From: an uncultured Nitrososphaerales archaeon
Lineage (GTDB): Archaea; Thermoproteota; Nitrososphaeria; Nitrososphaerales; Nitrososphaeraceae
Assembly: GCA_963713605.1 (NCBI GenBank)
Contig: CAVQMO010000005.1
Location: forward strand, 128,001 to 192,000
Reading direction: 5' to 3'
DNA length: 64,000 nt
Positions 33,601-45,081 of this stretch are shown piece after piece. The stretch's first letter is position 1; each line of letters starts with the position of its first letter. The translations under genes and the position numbers were made by a program. The notes beneath the pieces were generated by a model, which was not told the origin of the DNA, did not search any database, and saw nothing but the letters and a program-made list of their open reading frames with translations.

Positions 33601-35042
33601 CGTAAACAGAGCTATTTATCAGAAAGTCTTCACTCCCATAGTACCAGAATACATATTGCAGCTAAGACCAGAGCTGTGCCTTGATATAAATATCAATGAT
33701 GTCGCAAATGAAATACAGGCAATCCCTGGTGTCGCATTGATACATGTCTATGATCTTCCTGGATATCAAGCTGTTTCATTCAGGGGTGACCCAGGTCCTG
33801 AGCTTCTCAACGATCAAAGATTTGTAGATAATAATGCCACCCGAGCTGATAGTAACGCCGAATTAGATCAATCATCAGGTCACACAGCTCAGGTAGCAGA
33901 AGACGTCGATAATAACACGGATATACTCACAGCAAGTCAAGAATTACCAACTGGACTAAAAAGAACCATTCTAGATCTGGCGTTTGCAAATAACACTTTT
34001 ATCGATACTGCAGATAATGCCACCACTACGAACGCAACAATCACTAACGCTACTTCATTGGCTGCATCTTGTGAAATTCAAAGAGTAGTTCCAGTTAGCT
34101 CGGATGCAAATATGTCGCCCTCTGACTTCAATGTGGATATCGCGGTACTAGATACAGGAGTTAGCATGACTCATCCTGACCTAAATGTGTATAGAGATGT
34201 AACCTTTATCAATGGAACTACAAACGGGAACGATGATAACGGGCATGGATCACATGTCGCAGGCATTGCAGCTGCCAAGGACAATGATATAGGTATTGTT
34301 GGCGTCGCTCCTGGAGCAAGAATTTGGGCGATAAAGGTTTGTGATACTACTGGCGAATGTAAGATTACTAACCAAATAAAGGGGATAGAGTATGCTATTC
34401 AACATGCTGATGAAATTGACGTTCTTAATATTAGTATCGAAAATCCGAACTCTCCTGCACTCAACAACATCATAAATGCGGCAGTCAAAGCTGGCATCAC
34501 AGTCCTAGTTTCTGCAGGAAATTGGGGTAAAGATGCTTCGATGACTACTCCAGCTAATAATCCCAATGTACTAACTGTTTCTGCAATAGGTGATAGTGAT
34601 GGGGTGTGCGGTGCGGAAGGGCCTGATCTCATACTTGAAGGCGACAACTCAACGGTAACTGATGATTCATTTGCATTCTTTAGCAACTTCGGTCCAGTAG
34701 TCAAGATCGCAGCACCTGGCGTAAATGTACTTTCGACTTACAATGGTACTGGATATGCCGTAGATAGTGGAACGAGTATGGCAGCGCCGTACGTTACAGG
34801 AGCAGCTGCCAGTATACAAAGCACAACATCCATATTCGATGCCGCCTGAAGTGATATCCGCCGTCTTAGGATCAGGTTCTAAACCAGATACTCCTTGTGA
34901 TGGAGCAGCACATGGTTACTTTTCGGGGGATCTAGACACCTTGGCAGAGCCTCTACTCTACAAGCAGACGACGCCGTCAGCATCGACCGTTACCCCCTCA
35001 TCTTCTCCTGTGAGCCCTGTTCTTTCTAAACTAAATAATTAA
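30635..35042 (+). CDS. Giant secreted subtilisin-like (S8) protease with acidic, Ala/Ser and Cys-rich repeat regions; several frameshifts
   Basis: Signal peptide; catalytic motifs AVLDTG, NGHGSHVAG, SAGN and SGTSMAAP in ORF 33101; overlapping ORFs join into one protein. Confidence 0.85.
30826..30946 (+). repeat. 9-bp coding tandem repeat (GATAGT[G/T]CA; DSA/DSS)
   Basis: About 13 units seen directly. Confidence 0.9.
31350..33420 (+). repeat. 63-bp coding tandem repeat (QVPADQSCADGS[D/E]PV[G/E]GQC[SS/TV]), about 15 + 15 units around a unique Cys-rich insert
   Basis: Counted from translations; insert at ~32270-32485. Confidence 0.95.
33425..33496 (+). repeat. 12-bp repeat encoding a (PEPT)6 linker
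   Basis: CCCGAACCAACA tandem units. Confidence 0.9.
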
Positions 35043-36184
35043 CGCAATAGCGATTCTATACAAGTCGGAGGACAGATGAGACTGGAAGAAAAGGAAAAAG
35101 AAGTGGCATTCGGTGGACATCCAGATTGAGTCTTTGTAGTCATTATGACTTATTCCGAGCTCCAGTTGGATTTGGATTTGAAGATTTATCATTATATTAG
35201 AGATACATGTTATTTATCTGAATTTTTGGTAATTTGGAGATCATTGAAAGATACGTCACATGAACTATGATGTGAAGCATATATCTACTTATATCATTGT
35301 GACTTCCACCATAGTAACGATGCAAAGTGGGCATATTTTGGATGCAGCCACTAAATAACATTCAACTTTTTTATCTTGTGGTTTAAAAGCAGAAACCTCT
35401 CTTTGCATTACAATTGGAAGGGGGTCTATCGGAAACGCGAAAATCATTTGGCATAGACTTCTGATCTCTAAGTCTTATGATGGAAGCTACCGATTTCTCT
35501 TGAGCCTGCACCGGTCCCGCGAAATCAACGACACTTATTTTAACTTTAGTCATTACTATGATCAAGAATATCAACATCTACTATCTCACTACTATTAGTA
35601 TTGATATCATTGATATATCTTGGATTCTTCTCTGTCGCCAAGACCCATATAATTTGTACTGTGTACTGTAGGGAGAAGAATCAATTTCGATATCTTTGCG
35701 TATCTCTTGGAAATCAGTTTACCTTTGTGATATCCCAATGGCTATTCCATATATTAGCAAGCATAGCTATTAGGCAATATAATGTACTAACACTCAAATA
35801 ATTTTGTACTGAATTTTATTCCTTTAGAACAAGGGGAGCAATTCTATTATTGGGGGTTGGTTGCACTCTTCGAGTTTGTTCATAGTATGCCTGGCAGATA
35901 TAATGTGCTGAAACGAGTCGGTTTAGGCGCTGAAGAGGTGTTATTCTTGTTGTGTCGAAGTTCCTCTACACGCTCAAGTCTTCGTCCTGCGAATAGGTTT
36001 CTTGTAGGAACCATATTAGTGGTCAGAATAATGAACAAATTGAAGCTCATCTACTTACATTATTTATGGTATAAACACTAAAACTTCCGAGCGTCAAACA
36101 ATATAAGGTATTCGAATTGTTAGCCGAACCAAACATTTAGAGTATCTATAATTATTGACAAACAATTATTAAGAATGCCAGATT

Positions 36185-36601
36185 CTGAAGGTTACGGCAA
36201 GAAAACAATTCGAAAATAACACAGACGCATCAGACATCACGAGGATATTTTTGGTCGATGACGATCCCGACGTACTATTTTCGATGGTGAGTGCTTTGGA
36301 GTCAAGTGGTTTTGCTGTTGACTCATACAGTTCCCCGGACATAGCACTGGAAAAGTTCATACCAAATTACTATGATTTATTATTATTGGACGTTAGAATG
36401 CCCGGAATGACGGGATTTGAGCTTTATGAGGAAATCAACAAAATGGATGCGAGGGCACATGTGATATTCATTACCGCCTTTGAGGTTTATTATGACGCAC
36501 TTAAGGAGATTTATCCCGATCTTGTCCCTTCATCATTTATTCAAAAACCGGTCTCAAATGACGATCTTATTGGGCGCATTAAACGAGAACTGAGTAAATG
36601 A
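36185..36601 (+). CDS. Stand-alone response regulator receiver protein (start uncertain)
   Basis: RIFLVDDDPD, LLDVRMPGMTG, FITA, IQKP. Confidence 0.9.
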   Translation: MKVTARKQFENNTDASDITRIFLVDDDPDVLFSMVSALESSGFAVDSYSSPDIALEKFIPNYYDLLLLDVRMPGMTGFELYEEINKMDARAHVIFITAFEVYYDALKEIYPDLVPSSFIQKPVSNDDLIGRIKRELSK

Positions 36602-37002
36602 CTTCTCCCCTTCAAGATAAGAAATCTATGAGAAAATTAGCATTAGATATTCAAACATAAATATATCCATTAAAACTTTAATCAAGACAATTAAGATTTC
36701 CTTAATACAAGGGCTACTATTTCCGATTGACATAGGAAAGAGCATCTGCTCTTTGCACAGAAGAAAGCAATCCTTGAAATTCTCTCCAATTTAATTAAAC
36801 ACGTATCCTCAAGAACATTGAGTTCTTATGCGGCAAACAAGCTTCTTCCCCCTAAATGATGATAAAGTACCTGGTTACTTTTGGACGTTTGATTCATATC
36901 AATGGCCTTTCAACTAGAAGGCCTCGTGTGCTAAAGACACACCACCTAAGCAAACAAAAGTCCCAAATATAGCCCCCCTCTTAGATTTAGTAAGATCTCC
37001 TC

Positions 37003-37923
37003 ATGAACCCAGTCTCGATAGCTTTTCATTCGTATAAGGGTGGTACTGGAAAGACTACCATCGCCTGTAATTTCGCTGCTCAGTTGGCCAAAAGGGGAAG
37101 TCAGGTCGGTTTACTTGATTTAGATATTTATGCACCAAGTATCCAGACATACTTCGAAATCGAGCCAAAAAGGTGGCTTAATAATTATCTCAATTCTTCG
37201 GCCGATTTGTCGGACGTAATTATTGATGGCAGTCAATTTGTCAGTTCGACAAAAGTTAATCCAGGCATTTACAATTCAAATGAAAAATCAATGAATCTGG
37301 AGGGCGGCAAATTGTGGCTAGGCTTTAGTAATCCACGCAGTGAGGAAATACTGCAGCTAGAAACAACCGGCACTAGTACTGCAAGGGAAATTTTGAAAAA
37401 GCTCATACTTCTGAAAGAAAAAATGCTTACGGATTTAAGGCTTGACTATCTTATTATCGACACAAGCCCAGGTATACGCACCTGGTCAATTAATGCCTTG
37501 GCAGTTTCTGATATTTTGCTTCTTACTCTAAAATCAGGAGACATTGACAGCAAGGGTACAAAACGTCTTGTTGAGGATATCTATGATACCTTCACCAAGC
37601 ATGGGAGCAAATCCTATCTGCTCTACAATAGGGTGCAAGGCTACTGTATGCCACCAAAAGATTTTCTTCGAGCCGGGACCACCGAACCTAACAGTCTCAA
37701 AGGGATTCCTGGGTCTGGAAAGGAGAATCTAATCAAACAGGGTATTTCGATGGGAGAACCTAAATTGTCTCAGGAGCTAGGTATCAAGACTATTACTTCT
37801 ATCCCATGCTTCTGTGATATTCAATTTTCGGAAAAAGAATTCTTGACAGTATTGAACTATCCTGACCACCCCTTTTCTTATTACGTTAATGAGCTTATCA
37901 CTGGAATTGGGACGACTGCTTAG
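37003..37923 (+). CDS. MinD/ParA-family ATPase
   Basis: Deviant Walker A KGGTGKT; DLD; IIDTSPG. Confidence 0.9.
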   Translation: MNPVSIAFHSYKGGTGKTTIACNFAAQLAKRGSQVGLLDLDIYAPSIQTYFEIEPKRWLNNYLNSSADLSDVIIDGSQFVSSTKVNPGIYNSNEKSMNLEGGKLWLGFSNPRSEEILQLETTGTSTAREILKKLILLKEKMLTDLRLDYLIIDTSPGIRTWSINALAVSDILLLTLKSGDIDSKGTKRLVEDIYDTFTKHGSKSYLLYNRVQGYCMPPKDFLRAGTTEPNSLKGIPGSGKENLIKQGISMGEPKLSQELGIKTITSIPCFCDIQFSEKEFLTVLNYPDHPFSYYVNELITGIGTTA

Positions 37924-38205
37924 GAAATACGAGGGAGGTGGCAATTATATATTTCAGCATGTCACAATGAATCTCCTTATGGGAGTAGAAGAAAGGTCTT
38001 GAAGGTCTTGTAGTTGTACCGAGTTTGATTGAGCCCCCCAAAGCCGAATTTTCTTGCCGGTCTGGTACCTACATCAATCGCCATAAATCCCAATTTAGAA
38101 CAGACCTCTATCATTAATTTGGAGACAACATGAAAATTCACCTTTGAGAAAAGTTTCATATACGTGTATAACAGTCCATAACTATTAATTCTCAGGTAGA
38201 ATAAG

Positions 38206-39669
38206 ATGCATATCCCTGGTTTGCTTGAACTCACTGATCGGGAAGAGATTACTAAAAGTATGATACTTTTGACAGGAAATTCAAACGTTGGAAAGAGTTG
38301 CTACAGCAGAGAATATTTGTTAGAACGGATAAATGACGGTTCAGATTGTGTTTTCATTTCATGCACTAACACAGAGGAACAATTTCAGAACTGGATGTTA
38401 GGTGCAGGAGTCTCCCGCGCTCAAATAGATTCTAGTCTGCACTTTATAAACCCGTACATACGAAGAAATACTGAAGAAAGTAGTTCAAAGTTACCTTGGA
38501 TCATTTCAGAAATAAAAGAGATCACTGCGAGTTATCTTGGCTCTACAGCTGAAATTCGTAATCTCGGCTCGGACAGAGAGTGGAATCGAACTGAGCACCT
38601 CATGGAAAAGAAGAAATCAAATTTCACCCTAATTATTGATTCCTTGAACCACCTGATCGCCCTATTCGGACTAAAAGAAGTTGAAGCTTTTGTGACAGAC
38701 ATTTATTTCACGTCTAAGATTCAAGAATTATCTGGAATCTGTTGCCTTACCGTTCCATCACTTGACCAGGAACAGTTTGAACGCCTAAGTCTTTCTTTTG
38801 ATGCCATCTTGGAAATGGCATTCAAAGAGGAAATAGAGTCTCGACTTCGAGCAATGAAGATGATTCTGATCAGGGGGGTAGTTTTTACCCCCAAATGGGT
38901 CGATTTTGAAATCACCGAGGAGGGCTTGGTTCGATTTCTCCAAAAAAGCTCTGATTTTATTTGCTATGTTTGCAAATCAAAAATCAACGAAAATCCTATT
39001 TCATATTCAGGACTCTATTTTCATGTAACTCATTTGGAAGTCTACAAGAAACTAGTAGGTATATATGGACTAAGTCTATCTGAACTAGGATTTTCATCGG
39101 AGGTCATGGACGCCAGTTTCTTCTTTATAGACATAGTCGGGCTCTCCGATCCAAGCTATTCTGTTAGTTCTCAAAGGCAAAAGATTGAAGTTCTTAACAA
39201 TTTGATTATGGCATGCACCGCGTACAACTTGGAAGAGAAGAAGATTATCTTGCCAACAGGGGATGGAATGGTAATTGGCTTTCTTATGAATCCGGAACTC
39301 TCATTAAAACTTGGCATCCAACTTCATCAGAAATTGAGGGTGTACAATAGGGGTAAAGGTGAAAGGGACAGAATAAAAGTAAGAATTGGACTAAGTTCTG
39401 GACCTGTTTTTTCTGTGAGCGACATAAAGAATAATCAAAATTTCTGGGGACCCGGGATCATATTAGCACGAAGGGTTATGGACATAGGAGGAGAAGGCCA
39501 CATTCTCTTATCTGATTCTTTGGCAAAGGCCTTGCTTGCATTGAAGGACGAGTATAAACCTATCATAAACTATATTGGCAATTATACTATAAAACACGGA
39601 CAAGTGTTGACGCTTTATTCGGCATATGCTGATGATTTTGGAAATCCTGACGCTCCTGAAAAGAGATAG
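38206..39669 (+). CDS. KaiC/RAD55-like ATPase domain fused to a class III nucleotide cyclase
   Basis: GNSNVGKS and LIIDSL; then FFIDIVG, TGDGM, VRIGLSSGPV, WGPGIILARR. Confidence 0.85.
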   Translation: MHIPGLLELTDREEITKSMILLTGNSNVGKSCYSREYLLERINDGSDCVFISCTNTEEQFQNWMLGAGVSRAQIDSSLHFINPYIRRNTEESSSKLPWIISEIKEITASYLGSTAEIRNLGSDREWNRTEHLMEKKKSNFTLIIDSLNHLIALFGLKEVEAFVTDIYFTSKIQELSGICCLTVPSLDQEQFERLSLSFDAILEMAFKEEIESRLRAMKMILIRGVVFTPKWVDFEITEEGLVRFLQKSSDFICYVCKSKINENPISYSGLYFHVTHLEVYKKLVGIYGLSLSELGFSSEVMDASFFFIDIVGLSDPSYSVSSQRQKIEVLNNLIMACTAYNLEEKKIILPTGDGMVIGFLMNPELSLKLGIQLHQKLRVYNRGKGERDRIKVRIGLSSGPVFSVSDIKNNQNFWGPGIILARRVMDIGGEGHILLSDSLAKALLALKDEYKPIINYIGNYTIKHGQVLTLYSAYADDFGNPDAPEKR

Positions 39670-40296
39670 CAAATCAAACCTCCCGGAAGTTCACCTTTAA
39701 GGTTATTTGCTGGATATAATCTTTAACTACTTCCCTATATCCCTTTCAATTAAACCGCCGTTTAAAAGAATTGTGCTTTATTTTTGTTGTTTTGTTCATT
39801 TTTTCACTTTTCCTCAACTAGAAGCATCATCTATTCCATTCATCCTGGTAGCGAGAGAGGCCAAATCCGAATCCTCCCTTTTTAGGGGTTTGTATTGTTC
39901 GCTCGACAATGATGAAGTAATCTTTCGGGCAATTTGGCGCTAACAATGTTGGATTTCTTGAGATCTTATTGGATGACGGTTTCTATGACAGATAGTGAAT
40001 GCTATCGTTTAGACACTATTCAAGATGGCTTTGTTGTCAAGACTGGTGTTGATTTCCACGGTGATGCCCTAACTAACATCATTTAATTTTGATACCAAAT
40101 TCGGAGGAATACTTGACAAATAACTTAAGGCTCCCTACATTCCAGCATCAAGATCATTTACTACTACAAATTTCTAGTTCAACCTCTATAGAATAAATAC
40201 ATACTAGAACATAGAATTAAGTGTAGAGAAGATTTATTAGATTTAGGTGGCTGTTTAAAGATTCTAATTCAAATATATCAAAAAAAGACGCTTTGA

Positions 40297-40494
40297 TTGA
40301 AACCCCCACCTGCGGCAGCGACAGTACAAGAAGAGGCCTTTGCAGGAAAGAAAAAGAAGTACGAGCAATATCTCAAGCAAATGATTGTGGAAAACGGCAA
40401 ACCTCCATTGAATGGCTATTGCCAGAATTTGGCTGCCCAAATTCAGGTTGATGGAAACGCAATGAATATCCTAGGCGTGCAGGGTATGGCTTAA
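40297..40494 (+). pseudogene. Fragment of a small secreted protein family related to the C-terminal domain of 57349-58262
   Basis: CQNLAAQIQVDGNAMNILGVQ versus CQNVANQLQGDGNAINIIAVQ. Confidence 0.5.
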
Positions 40495-40812
40495 ATGCCC
40501 TTAAGCCATTGAAAGGCTGAACCCTTACATGGTGACATTGTCTTTTGAGGGGTAATTTCTAGAATTGATGGGCTTATGAGATACTTTGAATTATCGTCTC
40601 TCGTCGCAAATAGAATTCACGTTTTTTTATCCGCCAAAGGAAAAGATGGACGGCGTATTCCCCTAATTATGATAGATTTATCATATAGTAAACATTCACA
40701 ATTGTTTTAAGTGACGTAATGCATATATTATGAATACGTATTCATGTTTGTTTACCTTTAATAGGATTGGTGTAGGTGATATCCTACTCGTGGTAAATGG
40801 AGGATTACAGAA

Positions 40813-42003
40813 ATGAAAAAGTCTTCAAATAGTCGTAATATTGGATTCTATCTAAAGGGTAAACCAAAAATTATTGCATCATTATTCATTGCCCTCATTG
40901 CGGTCTTTTTAGTTTTAATATTCGAGATGAGCACAGGCAATATCGGACATTCTCAGATTATGCCGGCGAACAATAGTGGTAATGTAATTGAAAATAATAA
41001 TTTGTCATCCCAGACGGCGGAAGAAAATATGACTTCAATTCAATCTGCAATCAATCACACTCAAAATTCTAACGTAACCGGTACTCTTTCTAATTCGCCA
41101 CTAATTAAGACAACGGCGACAAATAGTACGAATAATCTAGCAAACGCGACTAAAACACAAAGTCCTATCCCTCAAGTAAAGATTACTTCACATACCAAGA
41201 ATCAAATAGTTTCTGAAGGCACCTTGTCAATACATGGGGTGTCATCTGACAGTCCAGTTAGTACATGTGATGTTTATGTTTTACTAAATGGTATTAAACC
41301 TTATCAAAGAGTAACTCCCACAGAACAAAGTGGTATTAGTAATGGTACCAAGGATTATTCGCTATGGAAATTCACCTTTTTACCAACTTATGGACTGATT
41401 ACCGAAGGGGATAACAAAATGACCGCGAAAATCAGTTGTATGAATGGTAGTATAAATGCAACTAAGTTTAATAGTCTGAACGTGACTGGTGTATCTTCCA
41501 ATTCCACCAATTCAAATACCCTCTTAACACAGACTGCAGACCCTTTGCAAAGCGGTGAAAACGTCACCGCAAATAACCTTGATCCGGTTCAGGGTAACTC
41601 AACTTCTCTAATGTCGACATATTCTCCTCCTGAGAATGTACAACAACACCCTCCTGCAATCGGGGGTATAACACCACAACCTCAAACACCACAAACTAAC
41701 TACTATGGGATAACCCCCTCCTCTTCCCTATCCGATGAAATTCCTATTCAAAATTCTTCTATTACCCAGCAGGAAGAGCAAATACCTGCAAACAGCTTTT
41801 CAGTCCTTGAAGAGGGCAAGGAGCCAGGTAGTGGTCTGCTTGATTCAGTAGATCAGGAAATATCTACACAAACTAAGAAGGCAGTGGACAAATTTATTGC
41901 AAGAGTCCAAGGGACAGTTGAAGAGAGACTCGAAGAAGCCATTAAAATGAGAACTCCGTTTGAACTTGTTACTCCAACGCCATTTGATTCTGAAGATGAC
42001 TAA
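40813..42003 (+). CDS. Secreted/anchored protein with Ig-like domain and Asn/Thr/Gln-rich linkers
   Basis: N-terminal TM; VKITSH...GVSSD...C.V...PYQ...W.FTF...TAKISC; many NxS/T sequons. Confidence 0.75.
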   Translation: MKKSSNSRNIGFYLKGKPKIIASLFIALIAVFLVLIFEMSTGNIGHSQIMPANNSGNVIENNNLSSQTAEENMTSIQSAINHTQNSNVTGTLSNSPLIKTTATNSTNNLANATKTQSPIPQVKITSHTKNQIVSEGTLSIHGVSSDSPVSTCDVYVLLNGIKPYQRVTPTEQSGISNGTKDYSLWKFTFLPTYGLITEGDNKMTAKISCMNGSINATKFNSLNVTGVSSNSTNSNTLLTQTADPLQSGENVTANNLDPVQGNSTSLMSTYSPPENVQQHPPAIGGITPQPQTPQTNYYGITPSSSLSDEIPIQNSSITQQEEQIPANSFSVLEEGKEPGSGLLDSVDQEISTQTKKAVDKFIARVQGTVEERLEEAIKMRTPFELVTPTPFDSEDD

Positions 42004-42436
42004 TAAGCAAACTAAAAATTGACCTAAACCTTTTAGCCTTGAGGGTGTGTGTGCTAAAGTGATGAGAAAGAATAGATAGTACCAAATATTCTTCAAAGTT
42101 GTCTGCCACTAGCCAAGCCTGAAGCAATAATAAGCGTGATAACCTGAAGATAGGCTAAGTTAGTATTGGGTAGGATATTAAAAAAGCGTCTCATGTTATT
42201 CGAATAAGGAAACAACGCGAAGGCACAAGATAATATATAAGATAAAAGGAGGAAGCGATGAGTAGATGCAATACAATGAAAGATATTTTTTGAAATACTG
42301 CTTCAAAAGTTTTGTTATGTAATAGTTTATGAGGCTCTACTTTGATCGGGCGAATCCAGTTGCTAAGTCTCGTTTGAGGTCATTTCAATTGCTCGGATAG
42401 ATAGAGTTAGTTGTAATTACGTAAAAAAAGAATGTG

Positions 42437-43024
42437 TTATCTTATCAAACCTTGATTCACACACTTCCAGTCTGTAATATTCATATCAAAATCACATTTA
42501 ATATCTACAATTAGGACATCCAGTCTGTCCACTGATTCTAGTGCATTAGCGATTTTCTGGCTTATAGTATTGTTAATCGCGGCTGAATCCGCGAAAGGGT
42601 TAGGTAGAGTTAGGCTATTTGAAGGCTGGGAATCGGCGGTAGACGAAATTGAAGTATTTCCTGCCATAATATATCCGATTGTAGGGGATCTATTGAAGTC
42701 CTCTTGAATTACAGAAATGACAGCATCACGAGAACTCATCAATGAGTCGCTGTTTCCCGAAATAGTATAGGTTGTATCAAAAGTGCCGATGAATTCGGTC
42801 TCATTATTTACTATATTGTAGCTAGTCATTGAATCTTTAACTACTTTAACGACATTTTCTTCCAATTTGCCTATAGATTGAACTGAACCTGACGCCATAT
42901 CAGTTTCATTTAGCGAAAAAATTAATGTAGGCAACACAAAAGACAATATTCCGACAAACACAATCGCCGATCTTATTTGCGAGCTTGACAATTTATTCGA
43001 GATAACGTTCACTAGAAGTCTCAT
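42437..43024 (-). CDS. Secreted hypothetical protein
   Basis: N-terminal TM; C-terminal CDF......WKC pair. Confidence 0.7.
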   Translation of the reverse strand: MRLLVNVISNKLSSSQIRSAIVFVGILSFVLPTLIFSLNETDMASGSVQSIGKLEENVVKVVKDSMTSYNIVNNETEFIGTFDTTYTISGNSDSLMSSRDAVISVIQEDFNRSPTIGYIMAGNTSISSTADSQPSNSLTLPNPFADSAAINNTISQKIANALESVDRLDVLIVDIKCDFDMNITDWKCVNQGLIR

Positions 43025-43563
43025 CTAATGTTGAATTCAAAGAATATAAAGGCATTGTCCGACACAATTAGACAAGGCGATAATAATAGCTAGGGGTGTA
43101 CGGGTGAAAATGGGAGGATACTAGAAAATGGGATGGGTGAAAATGGGTTGCTGTCATTGGTCAATCAGGTAACGAGAGAGGTAGTGGAAGCCCCGCTAAA
43201 GAGACTTTGACCCTCCCAATAGAGATCGGATCGGCTCCAGGTATATCGTCGCCAACAATTGAGATAGATCGTAACATTTTCAATTTAGACTTTACCATTA
43301 ATCGGTTGGGTATTCAAATGATAATTCATCAGTAGTCAAATTTAAGGATCTTTAGCCATTAGGCATTAAGGCTAAAAAATCACTTGGAAAATACCGAGCT
43401 CAATTGATCAGAAACAAGTAAAGACACAGTTCACACTTGTCCAAATGGGATGGGGAATTTGTTTGATTAAAATATTGAGTGACTTGTAATTGTCCTCAAC
43501 ACCTTTTGATCCAGAATCAGAACAGATTATATTGCCCACCTTGAGCAAGGAGCATTAATAAAA

Positions 43564-44103
43564 TTGGGACGTTTACATAGATTTAGCACGGTCCTTGACT
43601 TTAAGACACTAATCGTATTTTTATCTGTGGTCCTCTTTGCAGTCTCCTTCTTCAATCTTCTATCAAGTGATGTTTTTGGGGAAGGTGAACGGTTAAATTC
43701 TGATGAGGCAAACACCAAGTCACTCCCCAATAAAGTTAACATTACAATCAACGATGTCATACTACAAGCGGACGTGGCACTTACTGCTGATGAGCAGACA
43801 AAAGGTCTTTCAATAAAGGATACCCTCCAATCTAATGAAGGAATGCTATTTCCGTACGAAGCGCCACGTATTCTAAGCTTCTGGATGAGAGATATGAAAT
43901 TTCCAATAGATATTCTATGGCTGGGTGCTGACAAAAAAGTGGTCCACATTGAAGAGAGCCTTCAACCATGTAGCCCATTGCTACCATGTCCATCGTATGC
44001 CCCAGATGTCCAGGCTCAATATGTTCTGGAAACGGTTGCAGGTTTTTCATCTTCCAACGGGATTACTGAGGGGACTCATGTTGAATTTAATCTTCCAACA
44101 TAG
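43564..44103 (+). CDS. DUF192 family protein
   Basis: KGLS...GMLF...FWMRDMKFPIDILW...YVLE..AG. Confidence 0.9.
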   Translation: MGRLHRFSTVLDFKTLIVFLSVVLFAVSFFNLLSSDVFGEGERLNSDEANTKSLPNKVNITINDVILQADVALTADEQTKGLSIKDTLQSNEGMLFPYEAPRILSFWMRDMKFPIDILWLGADKKVVHIEESLQPCSPLLPCPSYAPDVQAQYVLETVAGFSSSNGITEGTHVEFNLPT

Positions 44104-44507
44104 GAATTCTTATCGTAAGCCTTATTTTTCTAACGATGTTCTCTCTAAAGTAAGACCAAGTTCTAATATTCGATCAACGCGTTAAGGAGAATCTGGTCAT
44201 GGTATTTAGAGAAAATTAGAGAGGGGAATTATTGGTTAGCAAGTCAGCACTTCATTCTAGTACACTCAAATTATACATAACGTATAAAGTTATAGAAAGT
44301 TTTTCACGTAATATTGGAGCTTCATTAGCAAAATAGGTACCTTTTCCAATAATGATGAGTAGATAGTTCAAGAAGAGTCGATCTAAAATGAGAGTAAGAC
44401 CGTTTAGATAGAACCTTGTCATATTCTAAATACTTAACTCATTTCTGTAAAATAGTATCCTAATATTAATATTCATTACTGAAAACCTAGTTAATAGGAT
44501 TGGAACA

Positions 44508-44807
44508 GTGCTGCGGAATAATTTCATAGCAGTTATGATGGGGATATCTACGATGAGTTTTGTGGTGCTTACTATAATAAGCTCTTATGCCTTTGCTCAA
44601 AACGATTGCTCAGTTCAGGATAATGCAGCTTGTGCACAATCAGATCTGTCTTTGCCTGTTCCTTCAGAGAATGATATCGCGGCTCCAGGGTTACAACAAC
44701 AGCCAGGAGACCAATCACGTGATGCTGACGGAGATTCTATCGGTCAAGATGAGGAATCAGAAGATAGCGGTCATGATGGAAGTACTTTCCTTCTGCCATT
44801 CCCATGA
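44508..44807 (+). CDS. Small secreted acidic protein
   Basis: Signal peptide ending AFAQ; C-terminal LLPFP. Confidence 0.6.
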   Translation: MLRNNFIAVMMGISTMSFVVLTIISSYAFAQNDCSVQDNAACAQSDLSLPVPSENDIAAPGLQQQPGDQSRDADGDSIGQDEESEDSGHDGSTFLLPFP

Positions 44808-45081
44808 CTACCTGGCCGTGAGAAAGCCGATTCGAATTTGCTCCATCCCACTAGCTACAGTGAATGGTTATGATTTTACATTAAAACTAAGAAAAACTCG
44901 GAAACGCTCAATCATCACCTCGAGATTGAGGCGAAACGCATGCCATGCCGATACTGTTCACGACACTCACAATCTCACTCGAAATTATATTGAATATTAT
45001 CAAGCACTGTTCTTGATCGACTGTCATAGGCAGTGGAGTGAACCATTCACTTTGGACGGGACGGGCATACTCGTCATTAGC

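Noticed and set aside
43100..43150. Short GGGTGAAAATGGG repeats (and the TTGGTA run at ~3654-3677)
   Set aside because: Only 2-4 short copies; consistent with slippage, with no supporting context.
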